Part shown: piece after piece, positions 40,105 through 49,713 of the stretch
Position numbering within the stretch: the stretch's first letter is position 1
Layout: every line of letters begins with the position of its first letter
Virus record (IMG/VR): IMGVR_UViG_3300022689_000130
Coordinates: 80,665-144,664 of that record
Direction: 5' to 3' (one strand)
Length of the DNA stretch: 64,000 bases
From: a virus
Notes under the pieces: model-generated
The model's database searches: none
Told to the model about the DNA's origin: nothing
The model's input: the letters and a program-made list of their open reading frames with translations, nothing else
Program-made: the position numbers and the translations under genes

Positions 40105-40924
40105 CAACCAGAGCCGCACATTGATGATGACGTGTCTTTACAAAGGACACCTCTATGATCTCTATCGCGAATACAGTGCTGACATTGTGCGTAGCCATGA
40201 GGAATTTGCACAATTCAACAACTGGGACTATTTTGTTATGGGCGACGAGATCAACAACATTTACAGGCTTGAGTCCTGGCGTGATACAAACATTGATGCA
40301 CGTTGTGATTGCTTGGGAATGAACAAGTGGTATGCGATGAACTGGGTATTTGAGAATACTGACTATGATGAAATTCTGCTTATAGACTTTGACAGCAAGT
40401 TTATTTACAACACTGCATTAGACTTGGGAGACTGCGACATAAAAGCCACATATCTTACACTCAGCCCATACTATGATACTGTATGGTTCCTCTACTATTG
40501 CATGTATCGTGGTGTTACATTTGAGCAACTTAATCAGGCAGTGCCAAACAAGTTCAATACAGGGTTTATCAAGGTTCGTCGTGGATTTTTCACACAAGAA
40601 GACTTGGATAACTTTGTGGACTTTGCCTGCCAGACATTGAGTGATGTTAAATATAGCGAACGCAAAAGCTGGATACACATGAGCAACGCTGACATGGGAC
40701 GTATCCACGAAATACACAACACAACACTCACGCCATTTGATGAAGTGTTTCTAGTTTACCAGATTATGAAGCAACATCCTGTAATAGAACCATTTGACAA
40801 GAGATTTAATGTCAACAGAACTGAGCTTGTGGAGAGCAATACAGCGCATGTGCACTTCTGCGTGAACAAAGAGCGTGACATTCAAACCCTATGCGAGCCT
40901 GGCGTTGCGAAGTTTCTAAAATGA
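40073..40924 (+). CDS. GT8-like glycosyltransferase
   Basis: ILLIDFD (DxD), FNTG, DE.FL, HVHF; probable start ATG 40124. Confidence 0.65.
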   Translation: MPPTPILHKCNNQSRTLMMTCLYKGHLYDLYREYSADIVRSHEEFAQFNNWDYFVMGDEINNIYRLESWRDTNIDARCDCLGMNKWYAMNWVFENTDYDEILLIDFDSKFIYNTALDLGDCDIKATYLTLSPYYDTVWFLYYCMYRGVTFEQLNQAVPNKFNTGFIKVRRGFFTQEDLDNFVDFACQTLSDVKYSERKSWIHMSNADMGRIHEIHNTTLTPFDEVFLVYQIMKQHPVIEPFDKRFNVNRTELVESNTAHVHFCVNKERDIQTLCEPGVAKFLK

Positions 40925-41946
40925 GTGCCCCACAAAATCTCGAACAGTATCTTAAGGATCACATCTGTTTCAAGCCTTGGGATAGTATAAGTATTGAGCC
41001 TAATGGTGATGTAATCAATTGTTGTATGCCTTGGCTACCTAAACCCATTGGTAACTTGTTTGAGAACACTATGGACGAAATCCTCAGCAGCGAGGCAAGC
41101 CAAGAAGTTCAAGCTAGTATCCTGGATGGAAGTTATCGTTACTGCAACAAGGACATGTGCAGTGAGATTTATGGTGGTCGTTTGCCTAAACGACCACAAG
41201 AGATGAAACTACCGCAACGGCCCTACAAGATTCGATTTAACAACGATAGAAGTTGCAATCTATGGTGCCCTAGCTGTCGCTTGCGACGTGTGCAGCACAA
41301 CGAGGGTCCGGCATATGAGAAGGCTAAGTGGCTAAACGACAGAATTTATGAATTCATGTTGGAACAAGCCTCCCGTGGCCCAGTTGAGATTTGGGTAACA
41401 GGAAGCGGCGACGCAATTGGCAGCCGCATCTACCGTGACATGCTCAAACGCATTGACGGTTCGGAGTTTCCAGACCTTAAAATCAATCTCATGACCAATG
41501 GCGTATTGTTTACTCCCAAGACTTGGGAAAGCCTGCATCGTATCTGGAACAATATCACACTGGTTGATATCAGTGTGGACGCAGGCACAAAAAGCGTCTA
41601 CCAAAAGATGCGACCACCTGGCAAGTGGGATCAACTACTCAGCAACGTCAAATATTTAGGTGAGTGTGCGCAAGAATATGACAACATCAATATCAACTAC
41701 GGCTTTGTGGTGCAACATGGAAACTATACAGATATGGTCAACTTTGTGCATACGTTTAGCCAATTTGAGCGTTACCACTTGCTCAACTTCACGTTAGTTA
41801 ACGACTGGAATACATGGGAAGATTTCGGAAGCCATGCAGTATGGAAGCGCAGCCATCCAGAACATGAAGCGTTCTTAGAAATGGTTCGCCGTCCAGAATT
41901 AGTTGATGAACGAGTGTTTATGGGCTCGCTTAAACGTTTTCTCTAA
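40921..41946 (+). CDS. Radical SAM protein 5 (N-terminal SPASM-like domain)
   Basis: CNLWCPSC, GSGDA; N-terminal C..GDV.NCC..IGNL; probable start ATG 40921. Confidence 0.9.
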   Translation: MSAPQNLEQYLKDHICFKPWDSISIEPNGDVINCCMPWLPKPIGNLFENTMDEILSSEASQEVQASILDGSYRYCNKDMCSEIYGGRLPKRPQEMKLPQRPYKIRFNNDRSCNLWCPSCRLRRVQHNEGPAYEKAKWLNDRIYEFMLEQASRGPVEIWVTGSGDAIGSRIYRDMLKRIDGSEFPDLKINLMTNGVLFTPKTWESLHRIWNNITLVDISVDAGTKSVYQKMRPPGKWDQLLSNVKYLGECAQEYDNININYGFVVQHGNYTDMVNFVHTFSQFERYHLLNFTLVNDWNTWEDFGSHAVWKRSHPEHEAFLEMVRRPELVDERVFMGSLKRFL

Positions 41947-41963
41947 TCACTTGTAAATGAACG

Positions 41964-41994
41964 CAACCTTTTTGACGAATCGTCAAAAAGGTTG
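41964..41994. terminator. Perfect 14-bp hairpin between convergent genes (probable bidirectional terminator)
   Basis: CAACCTTTTTGACG-AAT-CGTCAAAAAGGTTG. Confidence 0.6.
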
Positions 41995-41995
41995 A

Positions 41996-43264
41996 TCACT
42001 CCACGTCTCCAAAATCTATGTTGCATAGCAAATCAGCAAGTTCAGGCAAACTACGTTTCCAGTCAAGGTCGGCAGTTTCGTCAAACATATCTAGTCGTAT
42101 CTTAGCGTGTTTCATTTCATGTAGCCAGTTTTTATTGTTGCCGTCGCTTTCATACATGAAGTTAATGCAGTTCTGCATTGCATCAGCAGCACTCTTCACG
42201 TCAGCTTTGAGGAAACCATCGCGACGTTCTGTCAACATTTCCTTGAGTGTGTCTTTGTAATCAGGCGGAAGATGCTTAAGGCTGAACAGTGTGGGGTAGG
42301 TAACAAAGTTGGTATAGAGGGTGTAGCAATCTTCAATCCAACGATTATCAACGCACCACTGCACAAAGTCTGGAAACTGGTGGATATTGAGAATGCTCAC
42401 CGTAACACTGGGATAAATGAACAGGTTGAGGTCTGGACATTCGAACTTGAGGAAGTTGAAGTTGTCGCGTGTCTTATCCCACTTGGCGCCAGTGCGGATA
42501 TACTCAAATACATCATCCATGCCGTCAATGCTAGCCGCAACAGTGATATGGTGGAAGTGCTTCCACCACTCCACGATGTTCTTTCGCTTGTAAGTGATTG
42601 AGCTCATGTTGGTGTTATAGCTGAGGTGAACCTCTGGTGCATTGCCAATCTCAATGAGGTGCTCGAGTGTGTAATAATGTTGCTTTTCCATTAAGGGTTC
42701 GCCACCAGCCCAATACATGCGGTCTACAGTGCTGAGAAATGGCTTAATTTTGTCAAATTCGTCAGCACGTATGAATTTTTGAATGTTGCTTGTATCAGTG
42801 CCAGGGCTCTGACGCTTGATAATTTCCTTCTGCTCATCATACCAAGTGCTACTGAGTTCATGTCCACAAGTTCGGCACTTGAGATTGCAGTGGTTGCTGA
42901 AGCGCAGATCTACATAGCTGAGGCGTATATTGTCAATGCTACCGTCCTTATTTGTATCTGAGATTTCCTTTTCGTAACGATGCAAGTAAGCTTTGTTCAT
43001 TTGCGATCGCATACTGTCCAAACCAGCACGTTCTCTGTCAAAGCAGATGCGGCAAGCATCATGTTCACCATCAGCAAGCATTGTCCGGCGCATTTCTTTC
43101 ATGCCCTCGCTGTTCATGGCATCAAGAAGATTGACGCCATCACGCTTGAGATTGCTAAACTTTTTACGGTCAAGGCGATACATGTCTGTCATACAGCATG
43201 GCAAGACTTGGCCTGTTGGATACAAGTGTAAATGCATCCATGGATAAACACATAATTTGCTCAT
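41996..43264 (-). CDS. Radical SAM protein 6 (N-terminal Cys domain; only intact minus-strand gene of the cluster)
   Basis: CNLKCRTC, AGGEP; N-terminal C.YPW..LPCC..CRIC. Confidence 0.92.
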   Translation of the reverse strand: MSKLCVYPWMHLHLYPTGQVLPCCMTDMYRLDRKKFSNLKRDGVNLLDAMNSEGMKEMRRTMLADGEHDACRICFDRERAGLDSMRSQMNKAYLHRYEKEISDTNKDGSIDNIRLSYVDLRFSNHCNLKCRTCGHELSSTWYDEQKEIIKRQSPGTDTSNIQKFIRADEFDKIKPFLSTVDRMYWAGGEPLMEKQHYYTLEHLIEIGNAPEVHLSYNTNMSSITYKRKNIVEWWKHFHHITVAASIDGMDDVFEYIRTGAKWDKTRDNFNFLKFECPDLNLFIYPSVTVSILNIHQFPDFVQWCVDNRWIEDCYTLYTNFVTYPTLFSLKHLPPDYKDTLKEMLTERRDGFLKADVKSAADAMQNCINFMYESDGNNKNWLHEMKHAKIRLDMFDETADLDWKRSLPELADLLCNIDFGDVE

Positions 43265-43288
43265 GGGGTTCCTAACATTTGTTGCGTC

Positions 43289-43316
43289 TATTTAGTGCTG
43301 ACTTAATTACTAAATA
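43289..43316. promoter_or_regulatory. Divergent pair of late-promoter motifs
   Basis: TAAATA on minus (43289-43294) and on plus (43311-43316) between divergent genes. Confidence 0.55.
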
Positions 43317-44083
43317 TGAATATGACTAAAAATTGGATCGTGGCCTTCGGAGACAGCTTTACTTATGGTGACGAGCTGCCAGATGATGATCTGGCAATAG
43401 AAAACCATCATTTACGCAAGACACTCACATTAGCTCGCTCATATACCCGCTACGCAAACATTCCTCATCAGTTATTTGATCAACGCAATGAGCATATTCG
43501 TCTCATGTGGCGCAACGACGGGCTTGATTATCAAGGCTTGTGTAATAGCTATTCTTACATAAACCGCGCATGTGTGCAAGAAAGAATCGGCTGCCGAAAC
43601 CTAGCAGCACCTGGTCGCAGTTTTGAACACATACTGATTGATTTGATCAAGTATTTTGAGTTCAATGAACCTAGTGGAGAATTGTTCGTGATTGGCACAG
43701 GACTTACACGCCGCCACACTGTTTTCAACGAGGGAACAGACGAGTATCAAAGCATCAATTATCGTTTCATGTTTGACTTATACAATAACGCAGCCAACAT
43801 CGACAAAATTGATGACGAGTTCATTAACTATATGGTTGAATATACCAACAATACCAAATACCATGAATATATGCATGATGCAGTGACAGGTGAAATCAAA
43901 AACTTGCTGGAGCGCAAAGGTCGTCCATACTATCTTTTTGATGTCAAGAAACGTCTAGATCAGATTACCGATGAACACAAATTGGATCGTTGTGCATTTG
44001 GTCATAATGATAAGCAGGCGCATGTTATCTTAGCTGAAGAAATGATACCAATCATTCAAGAGTTGAGGGCACAAGACAAATGA
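43316..44083 (+). CDS. SGNH/GDSL-like hydrolase or acyltransferase
   Basis: AFGDSFTYG, NLAAPG.S, C-terminal GH....AH. Confidence 0.65.
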   Translation: MNMTKNWIVAFGDSFTYGDELPDDDLAIENHHLRKTLTLARSYTRYANIPHQLFDQRNEHIRLMWRNDGLDYQGLCNSYSYINRACVQERIGCRNLAAPGRSFEHILIDLIKYFEFNEPSGELFVIGTGLTRRHTVFNEGTDEYQSINYRFMFDLYNNAANIDKIDDEFINYMVEYTNNTKYHEYMHDAVTGEIKNLLERKGRPYYLFDVKKRLDQITDEHKLDRCAFGHNDKQAHVILAEEMIPIIQELRAQDK

Positions 44084-44598
44084 TTATACCTGAATACGTC
44101 TATCTTTATGGTAATCACAATCCATTTTCAGCAGAGCAGTTGGAACGATATCCTATTATTGATAGGACTCGCAGCGATCGCATTTCATTATTTCAAATAA
44201 TTGATGATGTAGAACGTTATAACTACACGGAATATGATCTGTTGGTAGTGCTTGACCCAGGATGGCAGTCTGTTGGATTGCATCCTCCAAGGTCTATTCA
44301 ATATCAAAGAGAACAGTTTGCCAAATTGGGGAGCAACCATGTAACCAATGATGACACTGTTTTAGTACTACAGCATTTGTGTGCATTGCGCCGCCTTCGC
44401 CGAAACTTTTCACGTGATCAATTACACATACATACAGACGAAAGTTATCGTGATGTATTAGAAGCCGCTGACTATCCCAAAGACAAGCAGATAGTATCAA
44501 CCTATTGCGCATATGAATTGTGTAATGTTACTGACAGTCGAACGCTTGAGCAATTGGATAATGATTTGAATCATAAATTGGGAATGTTGACACGATGA
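44080..44598 (+). CDS. Hypothetical protein
   Basis: 172-aa ORF with ATGA overlaps at both ends. Confidence 0.65.
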   Translation: MIIPEYVYLYGNHNPFSAEQLERYPIIDRTRSDRISLFQIIDDVERYNYTEYDLLVVLDPGWQSVGLHPPRSIQYQREQFAKLGSNHVTNDDTVLVLQHLCALRRLRRNFSRDQLHIHTDESYRDVLEAADYPKDKQIVSTYCAYELCNVTDSRTLEQLDNDLNHKLGMLTR

Positions 44599-45329
44599 AG
44601 ATACAATTGATTGCTCATGCCCGTAGTGGTTCAACCTATGTATATGAGATATTGCACAATACCCTTGAAGTAAGAAAACCCGGCATGTTTATGGTAAATG
44701 AACCATTTAATATGCCGCATTTGTCGCAAATCAAAATAAGTCCAAATGAAAAGGACTTTTTGTTACAACAACAGTTGGAAAAATGTGTTAAGTTGCCTTA
44801 TGTATTTCAAAAATCACACATACAACATTATAGGTTTTTGAGTGCGGCGCAAATGGAATTATTCAAAAGCGTGGAATGGTATAATATATTTCTCTACCGC
44901 AGAGATCTATTCGAAAGCACAATGAGTCAAGTAATTAGCGACAAGACTAACATGTGGATTCGTTATAATGAGTTGCCTAACAAACCAATTATCACGTCCA
45001 GGGAATTTGCTCGTATTCTCAAAGTGCAAATTGAAGCTAGAGAAGAATTGTTTGCAATGAAAAACGTACGGCCAGATGAAATCTTGATATACGAAGATCT
45101 TACCTTTAATCAAAAAAAGGACTACAGCAAGATTGAACTGAGCAAAGAGATAGGGCGCTATGCTAAAGGAGATCCCATCGTTCAAAAAGCACCACCCAAA
45201 GATGAATTGGTAGAAAACTATGACCAATTATTGGACCAGTATTACAAAATCATCAAAGGCAAGACGTTTGAAAATTTTGACTTGGACGGCAAAATGATTA
45301 CAGCAACCCGCTTAGAGGAGACCAAATGA
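44595..45329 (+). CDS. Sulfotransferase-like protein (PAPS-dependent)
   Basis: 5'-PSB ARSGST, NEPF, 3'-PB R-x7-S (RRDLFESTMS), YEDL. Confidence 0.75.
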   Translation: MKIQLIAHARSGSTYVYEILHNTLEVRKPGMFMVNEPFNMPHLSQIKISPNEKDFLLQQQLEKCVKLPYVFQKSHIQHYRFLSAAQMELFKSVEWYNIFLYRRDLFESTMSQVISDKTNMWIRYNELPNKPIITSREFARILKVQIEAREELFAMKNVRPDEILIYEDLTFNQKKDYSKIELSKEIGRYAKGDPIVQKAPPKDELVENYDQLLDQYYKIIKGKTFENFDLDGKMITATRLEETK

Positions 45330-45577
45330 ACATTTGGGGTGTGAGTGCGATGAGCCACGACGCAGCTCTTGCAGTATACCAAAACAACAAGATTGTCTAC
45401 GCAAGCCATGGCGAGCGTTACAGTAGGATCAAGAATGACCGCAACCTGCATCCAGATCAGCTCGCCGAGGCGATGCAGTATGGTCGGCCTGAGCGCATAT
45501 TCTTCTACGAAAACACAACAAAAAAGAAGATACGGCAAGCAATTTGCATTCCAGGCATTGTGGATTTTCTCAAATGA
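45326..45577 (+). pseudogene. Truncated N-terminal fragment of a carbamoyltransferase
   Basis: 50/68 identical residues to the N-terminus of 46428-47912, then an unrelated 12-aa tail. Confidence 0.85.
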
Positions 45578-46164
45578 GAGCTAATTTAAAAGAACACTTT
45601 GACACTATCTACAAAAACAAATCGTGGGTCCTAGAGGAAGGTGATCCGCTAAGTGGCCCAGGCAGTCGCCCAGACTACTGCAAACCGTTTGTTGATTGGT
45701 TTTGCTCATACGTCGCTGATAACAACGTGACACGCATGGTGGATTACGGATGTGGTGACGGAGCGATGTGGTATCGCTTTCCAGAGATTGACTACGTTGG
45801 AATAGATGTGTCGCAAGTGGCTCTTGATGCAGCATCAGCCAGGCATCCAGGAAAGAAATATCAACTGTTGTCTGAGCCAATTCTGTCTGCTGAATTAGTT
45901 CTGATTAAGGACGTGATGATCCATTTGTCTGATGATGAAATACGAGGCTGGATTGATACAGTGTCAACCAAATTTGACACTGTTGTCATTGTTGAGCGTG
46001 ACATGAACAATGCCGCTGACAGATCGTTTAGGCAATATGACCGCCATGAATATTTGTCATATTGGGGATATTGTCCGATAGATATCACCCGCTTTTATCA
46101 GGATTATGAAAGAGTTGACTTACCAGAATTGGTAGCAGACGTGTTCATTATCAATCGTAAATGA
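45574..46164 (+). CDS. Class I SAM-dependent methyltransferase
   Basis: SGPGS, VDYGCGD, YVGIDVS, KDV..HL; probable start ATG 45574. Confidence 0.85.
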   Translation: MRANLKEHFDTIYKNKSWVLEEGDPLSGPGSRPDYCKPFVDWFCSYVADNNVTRMVDYGCGDGAMWYRFPEIDYVGIDVSQVALDAASARHPGKKYQLLSEPILSAELVLIKDVMIHLSDDEIRGWIDTVSTKFDTVVIVERDMNNAADRSFRQYDRHEYLSYWGYCPIDITRFYQDYERVDLPELVADVFIINRK

Positions 46165-46238
46165 ACGGGTCCTTTTTCTTGATCTTACGGAATCGCCTCC
46201 AATTGCGTAGCTGTTTGATCTTTTCTCTCAGTATACAT
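46151..46238 (-). pseudogene. Second copy of the basic DPFIYD micro-gene, ATG one base out of frame
   Basis: Frame reads ILREKIKQLRNWRRFRKIKKKDPFIYD-stop; not in the ORF track. Confidence 0.6.
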
Positions 46239-46361
46239 TATGTTGATATTTGCGAACGTGTCTCGGTTCACCTTTGCATCATCCATCATACAGCATGGAA
46301 GAACTCTTCCTGTTGGGTGTAGGTGGATATGCATCCATGGATAAGCGCAGAGCTTTGACAT
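46185..46361 (-). pseudogene. Truncated N-terminal fragment of a radical SAM gene (58 aa)
   Basis: MSKLCAYPWMHIHLHPTGRVLPCCM..., 25/39 identical to the start of 41996-43264; not in the ORF track. Confidence 0.85.
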
Positions 46362-46401
46362 TATTGGTTCCTTTTGCTATATTTGTGAGTTAAGTTAGTA
46401 G

Positions 46402-46408
46402 ATAAATA
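46402..46408 (+). promoter_or_regulatory. T4-type late promoter
   Basis: ATAAATA, then GGAG RBS before the carbamoyltransferase. Confidence 0.6.
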
Positions 46409-46427
46409 TTGAGACACAACGGAGAAC

Positions 46428-47912
46428 ATGATGATACAATGGGGCGTCTCAGCCATGAGCCACGATGCTGCACTAGCAGTGGTTCAAGATGCCAAGCTAG
46501 TTTATGCAAGCCACAGTGAACGTTACAGCCGGATCAAAAACGACAAAAATCTCCACACAGATCAAATCAAAGAGGCGCTTGCTTATGGTGAGCCAGATGA
46601 GGTTCTGTTCTACGAAAACACCACGCTTAAAAAGCTACGGCAACTAACAGCACAGCAGTTCAAACTATTGCTCAAGCAGGGGCCACGCTCTTACATGCGA
46701 GGCCTAGGCATCTGTGCACCGGTTAGGCTGACCGGCCATCATGAAAGCCATGCAGCTTATGGTGCTCACACAAGCGGTCTTGACGAAGCAGACGTGATTG
46801 TGATTGACAGCATAGGTGAGTTTGAGACGCTCACAATATGGGCATACCGCAGCGATTACGGGCTGACAAAGATTGCTCGACAGACCTACCCCCATAGCGT
46901 AGGATTGTGGTATAGCGCGATGACCCAACGTCTCGGCCTTAAACCGCAAGAGCACGAATACATTCTTATGGGTATGGCGGCGCTAGGCGACCCCAATCGT
47001 TTCTACAACGAAATCAAGCAGGATTTCTTCACAGCGTTTCCAGGTATCAACAGCCCTGTGGTGACCTTCAAAGAGAACCTCCACCGTGGCTGTCTCTGGT
47101 GGCGCCCAGACATCGTCAGCATCAACGACTACGTTGACGTAGCAGCCGCCGTCCAACGCATCTACGAGGAGATTCTCGTAGGGGTCTTGCGCTGGGCTAG
47201 CCACCGCTCTTACTCAAACAACGTCGTGCTGGTCGGCGGTTGTGCGCTCAACTGCGTCGCCAACACGCTTGCCTACCGTTACTACCGCCGTGTCTGGGTC
47301 CCACCCAACCCTGGTGATGCCGGTAGCAGCGTGGGCGCTGTGTTAGCCCACCACCCTCGCCACGTTGACCTAGACCACGCCTACCTTGGCACTGACATCT
47401 CTGGCGACTATCCTGTAGACGATATCATCGCAGACCTGAAGGCAACAGGCGTCAGCGCCGTAGTGGCCGGGCGGGCGGAGTTCGGTCCCCGCGCTCTTGG
47501 TCATCGCAGCATCTTAGCTGACCCGCGCTTGCCTGACATCAAGGACCGAGTTAACGCCATCAAGCACCGTGAAGAGTTTCGACCATTCGCGCCAATGATC
47601 CTTGCAGAGCACGCCACCAACTACTTTGACGTCCCTAACGTTACGTGGAACGCACCGTTTATGCAGTTTGCCATCCCATGCAAGGAGCCAGCAACCTACC
47701 CAGGCATTGTCCACGTAGACGGCACAAGCCGTGTGCAGACCGTAACTCACGGAGGGCCGAGAAGGCTGCTCGAGCGTTGGTATGCTGAGACTGGGTGCCC
47801 TATGTTGCTCAATACCAGCCTCAATGTCAAAGGCGAGCCATTGGTAAATACACGTAGTGATGCTGAACGTTGGTCAGTAATACACAATCTACCAGTTAGG
47901 ATGCCAAAATGA
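46428..47912 (+). CDS. O-carbamoyltransferase, NodU/CmcH/TobZ family
   Basis: Kae1-like domain (HD, HHESHA, GGCALN, PGDAG) plus YrdC-like domain (EFGPRALGHRS, REEFRPFAP, HVDGTSRVQ, LLNTS). Confidence 0.95.
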   Translation: MMIQWGVSAMSHDAALAVVQDAKLVYASHSERYSRIKNDKNLHTDQIKEALAYGEPDEVLFYENTTLKKLRQLTAQQFKLLLKQGPRSYMRGLGICAPVRLTGHHESHAAYGAHTSGLDEADVIVIDSIGEFETLTIWAYRSDYGLTKIARQTYPHSVGLWYSAMTQRLGLKPQEHEYILMGMAALGDPNRFYNEIKQDFFTAFPGINSPVVTFKENLHRGCLWWRPDIVSINDYVDVAAAVQRIYEEILVGVLRWASHRSYSNNVVLVGGCALNCVANTLAYRYYRRVWVPPNPGDAGSSVGAVLAHHPRHVDLDHAYLGTDISGDYPVDDIIADLKATGVSAVVAGRAEFGPRALGHRSILADPRLPDIKDRVNAIKHREEFRPFAPMILAEHATNYFDVPNVTWNAPFMQFAIPCKEPATYPGIVHVDGTSRVQTVTHGGPRRLLERWYAETGCPMLLNTSLNVKGEPLVNTRSDAERWSVIHNLPVRMPK

Positions 47913-48013
47913 TTAAATGGATCAAAAACAAATGGAGCGACTATCGTCGTCGTAAAGCTTTCAAAAAGCGTCTTAAAGAACTAAAAAAGCAAGACCCATT
48001 CATTTACGATTGA
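47909..48013 (+). CDS. 34-aa basic micro-protein ending DPFIYD
   Basis: ATGA overlap with the carbamoyltransferase stop; MIKWIKNKWSDYRRRKAFKKRLKELKKQDPFIYD; not in the ORF track. Confidence 0.75.
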   Translation: MIKWIKNKWSDYRRRKAFKKRLKELKKQDPFIYD

Positions 48014-48037
48014 CAAAAGTTAATGATCACATATACT
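48010..48037 (+). promoter_or_regulatory. Sigma70-like promoter
   Basis: TTGACA-16 nt-TATACT, then AAGGA RBS before ATG 48054. Confidence 0.65.
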
Positions 48038-48053
48038 TCAATAAAGGACAAAT

Positions 48054-48767
48054 ATGCTTGATGTATTCTTTTTGAGCTACGATGAATCGTTTGCTGATGA
48101 AAACTTCGAAATCCTAAAAATGTTCGCACCTAATGCACGTCGTGTGAATGGAATCAAAGGTATTTTCGAAGCACATCAAGAATGTGCCCGCCAAAGCAAG
48201 ACCTCAAACTTCTACGTGATTGACGCTGATGCGGTGATCGAGGAAGAGTTCACATTTAAGTTCACACCCCGTGCTGACCGTTTCGTTTACGAGACTGTTC
48301 CTGAGACAGAGTGTGTTTTCGTATGGCGCAGCCGTAACCCAGTAAACGATTTGCTTTACGGATATGGCGGCGCGAAGCTATTCCCCAAGAAAAAATTGCT
48401 CGAAGCCGAACATTGGAACATAGATATGACCACCACAATCGGCGCGCCATTCGTTCCTAAGTTTCAAATTTCAAATGTTACAGCATTTAATACAGATCCC
48501 TATAACACTTGGAAAAGTGCATTTCGAGAATGTGCCAAGCTTGCAAGCTCGATTATACCCAATGGAAATAACATTGACAATGAATATCGCCTTCAGGTTT
48601 GGACTGAAAGAGGACGTGACCGCCCTTTTGGAAAATATGCTATTTTAGGTGCACAACAAGGACGTGATTTTGGTGAACGTTATAGTTCAAAACCACATAT
48701 CTTGGAGAAAATTAATGATTTCGAATGGCTAAAGGAAATATTTGACACACATGTTACTCAAGAATGA
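48054..48767 (+). CDS. GT-A fold glycosyltransferase-like protein
   Basis: DVFFLSYDE, VIDADA (DxD), NDLLYGYGG; paralog of 33765-34754. Confidence 0.7.
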   Translation: MLDVFFLSYDESFADENFEILKMFAPNARRVNGIKGIFEAHQECARQSKTSNFYVIDADAVIEEEFTFKFTPRADRFVYETVPETECVFVWRSRNPVNDLLYGYGGAKLFPKKKLLEAEHWNIDMTTTIGAPFVPKFQISNVTAFNTDPYNTWKSAFRECAKLASSIIPNGNNIDNEYRLQVWTERGRDRPFGKYAILGAQQGRDFGERYSSKPHILEKINDFEWLKEIFDTHVTQE

Positions 48768-49713
48768 ACTGCTAGACAGAATGGAGATATTGTTTCCATA
48801 CGAACCAAAATTCGCAGATTTGCGGCGCGCATACATTGATCGAGACCTGTCAAGTCTTTTCAGATTGTTTGTCAATGACTATGGAGACGAGGCAAACGAG
48901 TTTCGCAAGGCGGTTATGGAACAAAATTTACATAGTATTTTTCGTATATTTGAAGATGGTTTTGATTTACAACACAGAGAAACTAGTGCAGAGTTAGAAC
49001 TTACTGATCTGCGCAAATTTATTCTTGAAGACAATACGTGGAGTCTTTACAGGCTGTTACTTGATGCTACCAATACGCAGATTGTTTATGCGATAAAAAG
49101 TATGCATGCCAATGGAATCCGATGGGATAAAGACGCGATGAGTCAAGGGCAATTAAAAAGCAAAATGTGGCTGATTGACGAGCTCAAAATCCTGGATGTT
49201 AAACTAGGTAATGTGTTTTTGTGTGCTGGTTGGTATGGCATTCTTGCTACTTTACTTTTTGAGCATGATTTTGATATTGATTCGATTCGCAGTTTTGATA
49301 TCGATCCGACCGTTCAGGAAATCGCTGAAAAATTTAATTTGCCTTGGTTTAGCGACAATTGGCGTTTCAAAGCAATTACAGAAGATATTCACAATCTTGA
49401 TTTCGACGCCCATGAGTGGACTTCGTGGAGCAATAAAAACAGACGCATGAGTAAGCCAATTACTGACAAACCAGATACTATCATTAACACCAGCTGCGAG
49501 CATGTTGCTGACTTTGGCAAATGGTATAACAAAATACCCAGCGGAAAATTGCTGGTGCTGCAAAGCAACGACTTCGAAGACATAGACGAACACGTAAATA
49601 CAAGCAAGACACTCGAAGTATTTGAACACAAGACTCCCATGAAAGAAGTGCTATACAGCGGCGAGCTCGATCTCGTTGCATACAAGCGTTTCATGCGTAT
49701 TGGATATAAATGA
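48751..49713 (+). CDS. Class I SAM-dependent methyltransferase-like protein
   Basis: SKMWL, AGWYG, SFDID, INTSCEH, LQSN; probable start ATG 48751. Confidence 0.65.
   Translation: MLLKNELLDRMEILFPYEPKFADLRRAYIDRDLSSLFRLFVNDYGDEANEFRKAVMEQNLHSIFRIFEDGFDLQHRETSAELELTDLRKFILEDNTWSLYRLLLDATNTQIVYAIKSMHANGIRWDKDAMSQGQLKSKMWLIDELKILDVKLGNVFLCAGWYGILATLLFEHDFDIDSIRSFDIDPTVQEIAEKFNLPWFSDNWRFKAITEDIHNLDFDAHEWTSWSNKNRRMSKPITDKPDTIINTSCEHVADFGKWYNKIPSGKLLVLQSNDFEDIDEHVNTSKTLEVFEHKTPMKEVLYSGELDLVAYKRFMRIGYK

Noticed and set aside
41947-48013. Diversity-generating retroelement or invertible shufflon explaining the duplicated gene starts
   Set aside because: No reverse transcriptase or recombinase in the window, differences are not adenine-specific, and the copies are direct rather than inverted
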